From the human T2T-CHM13v2.0 reference genome, Homo sapiens: 64,000 nt of DNA. Made by a program: the position numbers and the translations under genes. The notes beneath the pieces were generated by a model, which ran no database searches, had not been told where the DNA came from, and saw only the letters and a list, made by a program, of their open reading frames with translations. Below are positions 13,419 to 27,592 of this stretch, piece after piece; within the stretch, counting starts at the first letter, position 1, and each line of letters opens with the position of its first letter. The stretch is from assembly GCF_009914755.1 (NCBI RefSeq), contig NC_060941.1; one strand, 5' to 3'.

Positions 13419-15387
13419 TTAAGAGCCTACATTTGTATCCTTACTTCTCCATTGACAAGCTGTGTAACCAATCAGTATATTTGGGATTCTCTATAGAAAG
13501 GGATAGTAAGAGCACATAATTCATGTTGAGAATGATAGACAAGTTAATATACCTAGAGTAGTCTGTGTGTGGGAAATTAGGGCTACAGTATATCGAAGGC
13601 TAGTTATATTTCCCTTGAGAAGCATCTATTTTACTAAAATAAGTTATTAATTTTTTAATTTAATAGCTATAATGTATTGTTATTAATCTTAATGACTTCC
13701 TTACCTTTCATGGAAAAAGTTGCTTTCAGATTATTAAAATATGTCCCTTTTATAGTGACTGTCTTAAAACATAGTCTGTGTGGGATTTTGGGATGGGGCA
13801 AATGATCCAAAAATTACATAAGTAAATAAAGTATGATTCTTATACTCAAGAATTTTAGAGTCTACTTGAGAAATAAGAAAAAAAAAACACAATCCAACAT
13901 AATGTATTGTGATGATCACAAAGATAAAGGGAAATGCAGAACAAAGTACAACCAAATCATATTCTGTGTTTGTGTATTGCAGGATGGTTGAGAAGGAAAT
14001 AAGGTATGTGTACGACATCAACGAAGTCTCAGAATAAAGAGCATAATATGGAGAACACTGCAGGAAAAAAAGACATGAAATCCAGGTATAACTCAGAAAC
14101 TTTCTAGTTACATAATCCTGGCCAGGCGAATCCCTCAATTACTTTCCTCACATTTAAAACTGGACATATAAAAATTGGCATGCATAGCTTTTCAAGTATA
14201 TTGTGTGAAACACATCATGTGTGTAAAAAGTAGATTGGAAATTATAAAGTTCTATATAAATATCATATACTACCAATGTTACCTGTAACTTTATATTTTC
14301 TTTAAATATTGTGGTAGAAAATATGTTCATATAATAAAATATAGAAAACATGAAAAAAAACTTGGCAATCAAATATAACAGGGAGGGTGCATTTTATTTC
14401 AATAAAGGGTAATCACCAAATTAAGACATGTAATTGGTTCCAATTTTCAAAATGCAGTCAAATTATCTTATTTTGGTAATTGATCAGATTATGTTTATGA
14501 TCATATCCCACATATTTTCTAAAAGGAAAAAGTTACTGCTTTTCCGGTCTCCAGGAAGAAAGGGGACCAGAGCAGGATTATTACTGTTTGTTCTCTCTGT
14601 TCTGCTCATCTGATCTTCTTATGGAGGAACTCTGAACAACTGACACAAGTGATGGACAAACTGAAAAGATGAAACAAAGATACTCTCTGAGTTTTCTCAT
14701 AATTTATCTTTTTTTTTTTAACCTCACATGCCACCAAGTCTCTACAACAGCCTTAGGCTGGAAAAAGTATGCGAATTTGCATTGCACTATGCCTTGCGCT
14801 TCAGAATCATAATTTTGCCTGATTATCATTGCATCCATAATTATAAATCATAAGCAAAACACCAGCTTACAGTAGTTACTTCAGGCATAATTGTTGTGGT
14901 AAGCAATAACATCAGTAATCAGTGGTTGACAACAACCAATGTTTCTTTCTCTTTTTTCAAAAGCTGTATTTTCATTTTGAAGCCAGGCTAAGTAGCTCCA
15001 ATCTGTGACTGTTATTCTCATGCCAGTGGTCAAGAATGGGAAAGAGCCTAACCTAACGAAATAAGCATCCTTAAGCTTCCACTTGGTCATGGAAAGCATT
15101 ATATGATCTTATATCCCATTGAGCAAAGCATGTCTTATAGCCAAGTCCAAAGTCAATGAAGCTGGTATGTATACTCCACCTAAATTATATGTGTGCAAGT
15201 CACATGATTGTGGACAGCAAGGCATAATTCTAGTACAGGGAGGGGGTGAATAATGGAGGAAAATATTCCAATTCATTCCTGGCCAGGTGGCATTTGCTGC
15301 AGATGTTATATTTAAAATCTTATTAGGTATGAGAGCCGCCTGAATAAAAGTAAACAGGACAACACCTGGGAATTAAATTTTTAAACA

Positions 15388-16298
15388 TTATTTTTATCTA
15401 TTAATTAACAAATAAACATTGTCTATATTTATTGTGTTCTACATGTAAGTTTTAAACATATGCATTTTTAAATAGCTAAATTGAGGTAATTAACACACTT
15501 TTCTTTACATACTTTCTTTTTGTGTGGTGAGAACACCAAAAATCTACTCTCTTAGCAATTTTAAAGAATACAAAACATTGTTATTAACTATAGTTGCTGT
15601 AGTGTTCAATAGATCTTTGGAAATTATTTCTACTATTAAACTGAAATTTTGTGTCCTTTGACCAACATATCCTCAATGCCTTACTCTCACCGCTCAGTCA
15701 TAAGCAACCACCATTTAACTCTCTACTTCTCTGTGCTCAACTTTTTAGATCACGCATTATTTGTCTTTCTGTGCCTGGCTTACTTCACTTAACATAATGT
15801 TCTCCTGGTTCATCCATGTTGTCACAAATGACAGAATTTCCTTCTGTTTTAGGGCTGAATAGTATTCCATTGTGTATACATAACACATTTGCTTTATCCA
15901 TTCATCATTGATGGATACTTAGATCGATTCCATATCTTAGCTATTGTGAATGATGCTGCAATGAACACGAGTGTACAGATATCTCTTTGACATGGTGATT
16001 TCAGTTCTTTTGGATATATACCCAATAGTGGGATTTCTTTATCATATAGTAGTTCAATTTTTAATATTCTGAGGAATCTCCACACTGTTTTTCACAATGG
16101 TTGTACTAATTTACCCTCCCACCAACAGTGTGCAAGGGTTCCATTTTCTCCATATCCTCTTCAACACTCGTTATTTTTTGTCTTTTTGATAATAGCCATT
16201 CTAACAGATGTGAGGTGATATTTTATTGTGGTTTTTTATTTCTCTGATGATTAAACTTATTGAACTTTTTTTCATATATCTGTGGGCCATTTATATCC
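15388..16298 (-). mobile_element. L1MA (approx. L1MA6-8) 3' end incl. ORF2 C-terminus
   Basis: ORF 15894-16085 ([43 protein letters not shown]) is the L1 ORF2 C-terminal region; L1MA 3'UTR; approximate TSD aatttt(t)aaac(a/t)tta on both sides. Confidence 0.88.
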
Positions 16299-17123
16299 CT
16301 GGGATCATCAGAATTTTAAACTTTATTTTTACAGATTCAAATTTATAAAAATAATGGGATTTTATTGTGAATTTTTACTTTGCGAAATTAATATTAGGAG
16401 AGATTTCATATTATTTGAAATGAAGTGGTCTATTGTAATGCATATTAGTGACTTTAGCTGCGTCACCACTGGTCCCAGGAAGATAAACCAAACAGCTACG
16501 TATGCTGTTGGGGGAACACTTGAATGAAGGCAGGAATAAGATTCCTTGAGTCCAGTATTACCTCCGTCCTTGGTGAAGTTAGCCAATTCCTGGTTGATCT
16601 TGGCTTAGCTGTTGATCAGCAAATTTGATGGGTTAAGAAACAAAAATGAAAAAAACAGTGGAGGGTAGAAAAAAGATGCACTTACTTGCATCTGTATCAC
16701 ATTTTTAGTATGGAATGGGGATTTTTGCTCCACTCCTCTGGAGGAATGACATTGAAAAATTAGAAAATGTGGCTTTACGAAATGTCTTGTTTTCTTTTGA
16801 CCTCTCCTGTGTTTTGTTTCCTGGCTTAAGGAGAGGTAGGATTTCAAGCATTTTCTTCCCTTTCATGTGGTAAATAGACATGGAGGCTTTTTTGCCAAGA
16901 TGCAAGGGAGGCCTGAAATGTAGTTTCTGTCCTTCTCCTTGCTATGTTAAATGTTCCTTCTTCAGAGAAGCGCATTATCTGTTTCACTTCTTCACGTGAT
17001 ACCATCTCTAACTTTCTCTTGGATTATCAAGCTGAAAAACAGGCTATGGCTCTTAGGCAATGGGCTAATGAAAGTGCCCAGACTTTGGCCTACAGATCCA
17101 GAGGCCTCCTCCAAGGTCTAGAG

Positions 17124-17434
17124 CAGAGCTTTCCAACAAAAACATAATATGAGCTGCATATGTAATTTTAAAAATTCTAGTAGCCACGTTAAAAAAGTAA
17201 AAAAAGCAGGTAAAGTTAAATTAATAATATATTTTGTTCAGCATGGTATTTTCAAACATTATCATTTCAGCATGTAATCAATATAAAAATGGTCAAAAGA
17301 GTTTTTCTTTTTTGTATTAAATTTTTAAAAACTGATGTTCATTTTATACTTAGAGCATATCTCAATTCAGACTAACCACATTTCACAGGCCCAGGAGTTA
17401 CATGTTAGTAGTGGGTATCTACTGAGCAGTGCAG
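17124..17434. mobile_element. MER33 (hAT-Charlie) non-autonomous transposon
   Basis: CAGAGCTTTCCAAC...tgtaattttaaaaattctagtagccacgttaaaaaagt...CAGTGCAG; 8-bp TSD-like GTCTAGAG / ATCTGGAG. Confidence 0.88.
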
Positions 17435-18434
17435 ATCTGGAGCTTTGTTTTAGTTTCCATTACAGTTTGAAAAGGGTTGCAAATTCTTGGATCGCTTCCT
17501 TAACCCAAGCAGTCCTGAAGTGCATATTTCAAAATAGCATACCAGAAGAACTTTATTCTGCTATTTATGAAAGGGTAGCTTATACTCTATTTGATCCTCA
17601 TCTGCTTATTTGTACCTACTCTCACGTAGTTCAGCACATCAGTTATTAAAATTGAGTTGCCTGACTTATTTTTTTTTTTTACCTGGATGAGAAACATTCT
17701 ACCCTAAAAAGGCCAGTGGATCCATAGGTTAACATGATTTTTAACTTCCAGGCTTGCAAATTGTAATGATTCACAAGTAGACAAGTTAATTTCTCATAGG
17801 TAAAGCTAATGACATTTTTAGGGACATAAAAATTTTGAAACAATTTATTAATTATTTTTAATTTTTGTGGGTACATAGTAGATGTACATATTGATAGAGT
17901 ACATGAGATGTTTTAATACAGGCACGCAATGTAAAATAAGAAAATGGTGTACCTATTCCCTCCAGCATTTATCCTTTGAGTTATTTCAAAATGTACAATT
18001 ATTATTGACTATTAGTCACCCTGTTTTGCTATCAAATAGTAGGTCTTATTCATCCTTTCTAACTATTTTTTTTTGTACCCATTAACAATTCTCACCTCCT
18101 CACCAGTCCCTAAATACCTTTCCCAGCCTCTGGTAACCATCCTACTTTCTGTGTACATGAGTTCAATTGTTTTGATTTTCAGATCTCACATTGTGACATA
18201 AGTGAGAACATGTGATATTTGCCTTTCTGTGCCTGGTTTATTTCATTTAACGTAATAACCTCCAGTTCTGTCCATGGTACTGCAAATAACTGGATCTCAT
18301 TTTTTTTATGGCTAAATAGCAATCCATTTTGTGTATGTACCACATTTTCCTTATCCTTTCATCTGTTTATGGATACTTAGTTTATTTCCACATCTTAGCT
18401 GTTGTAAACAGTGCTGCAATAAACATAGGAGTGA

Positions 18435-18849
<415 letters not shown>

Positions 18850-19920
18850 CAGTTTTTAGTTTCTTAAGGAACCTTCAAACCGTTATCCACAGTGGTTGTA
18901 CTAATTTACATTCCTACCAACATTGTACAAGGGTTCCCTTTTCTCCACATCCTTGCCATTATTGTTATTACCTGTCTTTTGGATATAAGCCATTTTGACT
19001 GTGGTGAGATGACATCTTATTTTAGTTTTGACTTGCATTACTCTGGCGAGCAATGATGTTGAGCACCTTTTAACTTGTATGTCTTCTTTTGAGAAATGTC
19101 TATTTGCCACTTGTATGTCCTCTTTTGAGAAATGTCTATTCAGATCATTTGTCCATTTTTAAATTGGTTTGTTAGATTTGTTTCCTATAGGGTTGTCTGA
19201 GCTCCTTATATATTATGGTTATTAATCTTTTTCCAGACAGGCAGTTTGGGAATACTTTTCTCCATTCTGTGGGTTGTCTCTTCACTTTGTTGATTGTTTC
19301 CTTTGCTGCATAGAAGCCTTTTAACTTGATGTGATCCCATTTGTCCACTTTTGGTTTGGTTGCTGTGCTTGTGAGGTATTGCTCAAAAAATTCTTTCCCA
19401 GATCAATGTCCTGGAGATTTTCATCAATGTTTTATTGTAGGAGTTTCATAGTTTGAGGTCTTAGGTAACTAAGTCTTTAATGCATTTTGAGTTGATTTTT
19501 GTGTATGGTCAGAGATGGGGGTCTAGTTTTATTCTTTTGCATATGAATATCCAGTTTCCCCAGCACCATTTATTAGAGAGACTATCTTTTCCCTAGTGTA
19601 TGTTCTTGGCACCTTTTTAAAAAATGAGTTCACCGTAGGTGTGTAGATCTGGGTTCTCTATTTTGTTCCATTGGTCTTTGTGTCTGTTTTTAGGCCAGTG
19701 CCATGCTGTTTTTGTTACTATATCGCTGTAGTATAATTTAAAGTCAGGTTTTATGATTCTTCCAGTTTTGTTCTTTTTGCCTAGGATAGGTTCAGCTATT
19801 CTAGCCTTTTGTGGTTTTGTATAAATATTAGAATTTTTTTTCTATTTCTGTAAAGACTGTTATTGGTATTTTGATAGGAATTACATTAAATATATCGATT
19901 GCTTTGGGTAGTATGGACAT

Positions 19921-20215
19921 TTTTTTTTTTTTTTGAGATGGAGTCTCACTCTGTCACCCAGGTTGGAGTGCAATGGCACGATCTTGACTCACTACAACTT
20001 CTGCCTCCCGTGTTCAAGTGATTCTCCCACCTCAGCCTCCTGAGTAGCTGGGGTTACAGGCACCTGACATCATGCTTGGCTAATTTTTGTATTTTTCTAG
20101 AGATGGGGTTTTCTCATGTTGGCCAGGCTGGTCTTGAACTGCTGACCTCAGGTGATCCACCTGCCTCGGCCTCCCAAAGTACTGAGATTACAGGCATGAG
20201 CCACCGCACCCAGCC
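19921..20215 (-). mobile_element. AluS
   Basis: Poly-T plus full Alu body; degenerate TSD agta(tg/ga)gacat. Confidence 0.96.
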
Positions 20216-23200
20216 CAGTAGAGACATATTAACAATGTTGATTCTTCCAATCTTTGAACATAAAATATTTATTTTATTTCTTAATGTCGTCTTCAATTTT
20301 TTCATTAGTGTTTTATAGTTTTCATGGTAGAGATCTTTCACTTCTTTGGTTAGGTTAATTCCTAGGTATTTAATTTTATTTGTGGCTATTGTAAACAGAA
20401 TTACTTTCTTTTTCTTTTTCAGATTGATCACTGTTGGCATATAGAAATGCTACTGATTTTTGTAAGTTGATTTTTTATTCTGCAACTTTACTGAATTTGT
20501 TTATCAGTTCTAATAGTTTTCTTGTGGAGTCTAGGTTTTTCTAAATATCAGATTATATCATCTGCAAACAAGGATAATTTGACTTCTTTCATTCCCATTT
20601 GAATTTCCTTTATTTCTTTCTCTTGTCTGATTGCTCTAGTAGGACTTCTAGTGCTATGTTGAATAACAGTGGTGAAAGTGAGAATCCTTGTCATATTCCA
20701 AATCTTAGATAAAAGGCTTTTAGTTTTTCCCCATTCAGCATGATAGTAGATTTGGGTCTCTCGTAAATGGCTTTTGTTGTGTTGAGGTACGTTCCTTCTA
20801 TACCCAGTTTTTTGAGAGTTTTTATAATGAAGGGATGCTGAGGTTTATCAAATGCTTTTTCAGCATCGACTGAAATGATCATATTGTGTTTGTCCTTCAC
20901 TCTGTTGATATGACGTCTTACACTGATTGATTTGCAAATGTCAGATCATCCTTGTATCCTAGGGCTGAATCCCACTTGGTCATGATGAATGATTTTTCTA
21001 ATTTATTCTTGAATTCAGTTTGCTAGTCTTTCGCTGATAATTTTTTGTGTCAGTATTCATCAGAGATATTGGCCTGTAGTATTCTTCTTTTGATGTGTCT
21101 TTGTCTAGTGTTGGTATCAGAGTAATACTGGCTTTGTAGAATTAGTTTAGAAGTATTCCCTACTCCTCTATTTTTCAAAATATTTTTAGGAGCCTTGGTA
21201 ATATGTCTTATTTAAAGGTTTGGTAGAATTCAGCAGAGAAGCCATTGGGTTCTGGGCTTTTCTTTAGTGAGAGGCTTTTTATTATGGCTTCAACCTTGCT
21301 ACTTGTTATTGGTCTCTTCAGGTTTTGGATTTCTTCTTGGTTCAATTTTGTTGAGTTGTATGTGTCAAGAAATTTGTCCATTTTTTCTAGAATTTCCAAT
21401 TTGTTGGCCTATAGTTATTCATAGTATCCACTAATGATCCTTTGAACTTTTACAGTATCAGTTGTAGTGTCTTGTTTTTTATTTCTCATCTAATTTATTT
21501 GGATCTTCATTTGTGTCTTAGTCTGGCTAAAAGTTTGTCAATTTTGTTTAAATTTTCAAAAAAATAACTGTTTTATTGATCTTTTTTATTTTTTCATTTT
21601 GATTTAATTTATTTTTGCTCTGATTTTCATTACTTTTTGTTTCTCATTTTAAGTTTGGTTTGCTCTTGTTTTTCTCTAAGGTCCATTATTAGGTTGCTTA
21701 TTTGGAGTTTTTCCTCTTTTTTGATGCAGGCATTTATAATTATAAATTTCCCTGTGAGTACTGCTTTCACTGTATTCCATATGATTTGACATGCTGTGTT
21801 TCTATTATCATTTGTTTCGAGAAATTTTTCAATTTCCTTTTTAATTTCTGTTTTGACGCACCAGTCATTCAGGAGCATATGGTTTAATTTCCATGTATTT
21901 GGATAGTTTCTAAAATTCCTCTTGTTACTAAATTCTAGTTATATTCCATTGTGGTCAGAGAAGATGCTTGATATTATGTCAATTTTTTTAAATGTTTTAA
22001 GACTTGTTTCTTGACCTAACATATATATGGTCTATTCTTGAGAGTGATCCATGTGCTGAGGAAAAGAATGTGTATTATTTAGCCATTGAATGAAATGTTA
22101 TGTAAATATATATTAGATACATTTGGTCCATTGTGCAGATTAAGCCCAATGTTTCTTTGTTGATTTTCTGCCTGGAAGATCTGTCCAATGCTGAAAATGG
22201 AATGTTGAAGTCTTCAGCTATCATGGTGTTGGGGCCGACCTCTACCTTTAGCTCTAATAATATTTGCTTTATACATCTGGGTTCTCCAGTGTTGGGTGCA
22301 TATATTTTTAAAATTGTTATATTCTCTTGCTGAATTGATCCCTGTATCATTTTATGGTGCTCTGCTCAGTCTCTTATAGTTTTTGCTTTGAAATTTATTT
22401 AGTCTGATATAAGTATAGCTACTCTTGCTTTTTCCTTTCCATTGGCATGGAATATCTTTTTCCATCCCTTTATTTTCCATCTATGTGTGTCTTTATAGGT
22501 GAAGTGCATTTTTTTGTGGGCAACAGATCCATGGGGTCTTGTTTCTTCATCCATTCAGCCACTCTATGTCTTTTTATTGAAGAGTTCAGTCTATTTATAT
22601 TCAGTATTATTATTGATAAGTAAAGATTTACTCTTGCCATTTTGATATTTGTTTTCTGATTGTTCTATGGTCTTTCTTCTTTCTTCTTGTCTTCCTTTGG
22701 TGAAGGTGATTTAATCTGATAATATGATTTTGTTGCTTGCTTTTTATTTTTTGTGTATCCATTGTATGTGTTGTGGTTTGAGGTTACCTTGAGGCTTGCA
22801 AATACTATATTATAATTCATTATTTTAGCCTGATAACAACTTACTATTTACATAAACAAACAAGCAAAAAGAAAATCAATACAAATTCTATGCTTAAACT
22901 TCATCTGCCCACTTTTTAACTTTTTATTGTTTCTATTTATATATTATTGTACTGACCATTTCTTGAAAATTTGTTGTCATTATTATTTTTTATTTGTTCA
23001 TTGTTTATTCTTTCTACTCAGGATAAGAATAGTTTACATACCACAGTTAACAGTGTTATCATAGTCTATGTTTTTCTGTGCACTTAACTATTACTAGTGA
23101 GTTTTGTGCTTCCAGATGACTTCTCATTGCTCATTAACATCCTTTTCTCTCTGATTAAAGTACCCCCTTTAGTATTTCCTGTAGGACACGTCTGGTGTTG

Positions 23201-26200
23201 ACGAAGTCCCTCAGCTTTTGTTTGTCTGGAAAAATCTTTATTTGTCCTTCATGTTTGATGTATATTTTAGCCAGATAAAGTATTCTAGAGTAAAAGATGT
23301 TTTCCGTCAGCACTTTAAATATGCCGTGCCACGCACTCCTGGCCTATAAGGTTTCCACTGAAAAGTCTGCTGCCAGATGTACTGGAGCTCCATTGTATGT
23401 TATTTGTTTCTTTTCTCTTGCTGCTTTTAGGATTCTTTCTTTATCCTTGTCCTTTGGGAGCTTGATTATTTAATACCTCGAGGTAGCCTTCTTTGGGTTA
23501 AATCTGGTTGGTGTCCTATAACCTTCTTGTGTTTGGATATTAATATCTTTCTCTAGGTTCTATAAGTTCTCTATTATTATTCCATTCCATAAACTCTCTA
23601 CCACCATCTCATTCTCTACCTTTTTAATGAGGTCAATACTCTTAAATTTGCCCTTTTGAGGCTATTATCTAGATCCTGAAGGAGTACTTTATTTTTTTAT
23701 TCTTTTTTCTTTTGTCTCCTCTGACTGTGTATTTTCAAATAGCTGGTCTTCAAGTGCACTAATTCTTTCTTTTGTTTGTTCCATGCTAGTAAAGGATGCA
23801 TTCTTCAGGATGCCTAATTCTGATGCATTCTTCAGTATGCCTGTTGTATTTTTCAGCTCTAGAATTTATGCCTGATTCTTTTCATTTATTTCAATCTCTT
23901 TGTTAAAATTATCTGATAGAATTCTGAATTCCTTTTTTGTTGTTGTTGTTGTTCTCATGAATTTCTTTGCTTTTCTTCAACACAGCTATTTTGAATTCTC
24001 TCTCTGAAAGGTCACATAACTCTGTTTCTCCAGGATTGGTCCCTGGTGTCTTATTTAGTTCATTGGATTAAGTTATGTTTTCCTGGATGGTGTTGATGCT
24101 AGTAAATGTTCTTCAGTGTCTGGGCATTGAAGAGTTATGTATTTATTTGTAGTCTTTGCTATCTGCACTTACTTGTAGCCATCCTTTTTGGGAAGGCCTT
24201 CCAGATATTTGAAAGAATTTGGATGATCTAAGCTGTTTCTGCATTAGGGGGCACCCCAAGCCCAGTAGCACCGCGGTTCTTGCAAACTTGTAGAAGTACC
24301 ACCTTTATAGTCTTGGAAAGAGAAGATCAGCTATTTGAAAATACACAAATAGTGGAGTGGAGTGACACAAGCACCCCTGTGGACACCATCACTATGACTT
24401 TGCTGGGTCAGATCTGAAGCCAGCACAGTACTGGGTCTCTCCCAAGGCCTCCTACAACCACTCCCTGGCTACTGCTTATGTTCACCCTAAGCCTTGAGAC
24501 TCTATAATCACCTGATGGTAAAGCCAGTCAGATCTGTGTCTTTCCCTTCAGGGTGGCAAGGTCTCCCAGGCTTCAGATGGGTCCAGAAGTACCATTTGAG
24601 AGTCAGGGACTACAGTCAAAAACCTTAGAAGTCTACCTAGCGTCTTATTTAGCTGGCTGTCAAACCACAAGATGTAGTCCTCCCCACTCTTCAGTCCCCT
24701 TTCCAAAGGCAGATAAGCTTCATCCCATATGCATCACTCCTGCTACCTCCACTGGCTATGAGGTGTACTGTCACACTACCATCAATGTTTCCTTAAGGCC
24801 CAAGGGCTTCTAAGTCAGATTGTAATGAATGCTGCGTGACCTAAAACTCACCCTTCAGGGCAATAGGCTGCCCTCTGGCCCAGAGCAGGTCCAGAAATGG
24901 TATCCAAGAGTCAAGTCCTAGAATCATGGACTCCAAGAGCCCACTTGGTGCTCTACACTCTGTGGCTGTGCTGGTACCTAAGGTGTGAGACAAAGTCCCC
25001 TTTATTTTTCCCTCTGATTTTCCCAAGAAGCAGGAGTTTTGTCCCATAGACACCACAGCTACTAATGTGCTGAGTCTTCCTTGAAGCCAACATGTTTCAG
25101 AGGCTCACCCAAGGCCCTTAATGTAGCACCTGGGTATCGCTGCTGGTTATTCAGGGCCCAAGGGTTCTTCAGTTAGCTGTTTATGAATGCTGGCAGAACT
25201 GAGCCCTTTCCTTAAAGGCAGAGGGTTCTCTTATGGCCCTAGGTATGTCTAGAAATATTGTCTGGGAGCTAGGGCCTGGAATGGGGCCTCAAAACTCTGA
25301 CAAGTGCTCTATCTTGCTGTAGTTGAGCTGGTATCCAAAATGCAAGACAAAGTCTTCCCCACTGTTCCCTCTCCTTAAACAGAAGAAAGGGGTGTCTTTT
25401 GGAGCCATGAGTTGTGCAGCTTGGGGTTAGGGGAGAGGTGATGTGATGCCAGCACTCCATTGACTACCCTAGCTTGTGTCTTAGTATGTTACCCCACACT
25501 CCACCACCCCCCAGTCCACTGTCTCTGGGCCTAGGTCAGCACTAGGGCAGACCTAAGAGTTGCAGTCCTTATGGCTTGCATTGCCTTTCATGTTTACTTG
25601 GAGACAGAGAGCACTGTAGCCCTTGGTGGTGAGGTTTGTGGGATCTCAAGTTTAGACTACTGGGATTAGTGATTTTCCTCTGTCTAGGGCTGGTTTAAAT
25701 GCTCCCTCCATGGTTGGGCATCAACTGAGTTTGGTCCATTTTTCCTTTCTGCTCTAGCAGGACAGCACTGAGTTCAAACCCTCACAATTGCTGTTTTCTC
25801 TCTCCCCCAGTGCCCAGAGACACTCTCTGTACTACACTACCACTGCAGGTGGTTGGTAGAGGGGTGGCATCAGTGATTCAATACTGTTTTTTTCTACCTC
25901 TTCAGTGCCTCTTTTAGAGATACAATGTTAAAACCAGGTACTATGAGTGCTTATCTGATTTTTGGTTCTTATGAAGGTGTTTTTTTCTGTGTAGATCGTT
26001 ATTAAATGGGTGTCCTAGCAGGGGCAACAATTGGTGAAGCGTTCTATTACACCATTTTGTTTTGCCTACCCAGCTCATAACAATTTAATAGAAAAAAACC
26101 TACATATATTTCAACTGGGATAGAAATGTATGGTCTTTATAATAATTTATGTTTCTCTCACTCTTAGCAACAAATTATTTACTAATTTAAATTGTAGCTA

Positions 26201-26879
26201 AAGTGCAAAGCTCAGTTAAAGTGGTATATGCACCTAGTGAAATAAAAAGGGGACATTTTAAGTTCCAATAACAACGTTTACATACCATAACCTTAAACTT
26301 TATATATTTGATATTGCCCAATAAAGATAATTATTTTTCAGTTATAATGTAATAATGTCATAGTGTGTGACCATTCACAGTAATAGAGAACTTTGACTGC
26401 TAATAAAAGAGCAAAAAAACCTAATTAATGAAGTTCTATGGTGTCATAATAATAATCACCATATCAAAGGGTTCTTTCACTTGACTAAGTCATTATGCAG
26501 ATATTTAAGCAGCAATTTCAACTATTCTATCAAATGTAGATAAAGAAAAAGAAGGCACTTTGAACATTCATACATGTTTTACATTCTTTATGGACTCATC
26601 TAAGTCTCTAAAATACAAAAGACTCATTGTATGGCTCCATTATAAAAGACTCCAGAGTAGCATTATGAAACTCAGCTTATATACTCCGTCACTTAAAATT
26701 CCAATTTCTACAGTAGACCACAGCTGCAATTGACATCTGGTGATCTTATTTTTCTTTTTCCTACCAGTAATCAATTCTAGAAATATTTGAATAAGATATA
26801 TGCAAGGTAGTATGAAATAATCATTAAACATACAAGCTCTATAGCCACAGTACATGCATTTCAGTTCTAGCAACATTCC

Positions 26880-27085
26880 TTGCTAGCTCTGTGATTTGGG
26901 ACAATCTATTAAAACTCTGTGTGCCTTGGTGTTCTTGTCTGTAAAAAGGAGGTAATATTAATTAACCACAGATTTTTGTGAGGATTAAGGTAATTAATAT
27001 ATATGTAAAATGACTCAGAACATTGATAGCATATAGGAAGTACTCAATAAAATTTTTGTGATGGTATTTTATTAGTAGTATTATT
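26880..27085 (+). mobile_element. MIR
   Basis: ctagctctgtgatttgggacaa...tctgtaaaaaggaggtaat...ttgtgaggattaa...tactcaataaa = MIR core and 3' end. Confidence 0.8.
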
Positions 27086-27477
27086 GCCATTACCTACATG
27101 TCTGTACACAGAATATTTAAATCACCCTTTAATAAATAAATTAGAATATCTGCATTCCGGAATGAAAAGACAAATCTCAACCTTACTTTTCAAACTTAAA
27201 TTTCCTTCCTTTAAAGTTTCTATCAAAAAATTCACTACGGAAAAATAGTTGTTACTCAAAGATGAATTAAAAGACATTCTGTCTATCCATTCTTTGGTCT
27301 ACAAGAGTTGCCTAATAAGTATCACCCATTATTATTTTTTTATTATTAATTACACACCTACTGATATATTCTGAGCTCCAATGTTTTAACAATTTAGAGA
27401 TCCATAAAGTTATAAACTGGGGTCTATCTTATTTATTCCCACTTTATCTTATGTCATTGTAAACGTACATAAAGAAC

Positions 27478-27592
27478 CTTCATTTATTCACTCACCCCAT
27501 GAACAATATTTGTTTAATACTTACAATAAAACTGGGCAGTATGCTTAGTACTGTTGTTAAAAACAAAGCTTCTGTTTTCCCAGAGCTTACAG
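27478..27592 (-). mobile_element. L2 3' end relic
   Basis: ttcatttattcactca...aacaatatttg...ccagagcttacag resembles the antisense L2 3' terminus. Confidence 0.5.

Noticed and set aside
14649-14690. GTGATGG...CTGA...CTGA resembling C/D snoRNA boxes
   Set aside because: Imperfect C box, only 42 nt long and no terminal stem
19073-19140. Approx. 35-bp direct duplication in L1 (acttgtatgtc.tctttt.gagaaatgtctatt); similar small duplications at 7168-7210, 23795-23842 and 34998-35026
   Set aside because: Ordinary slippage duplications in neutral DNA; not spacer-repeat (CRISPR-like) arrays
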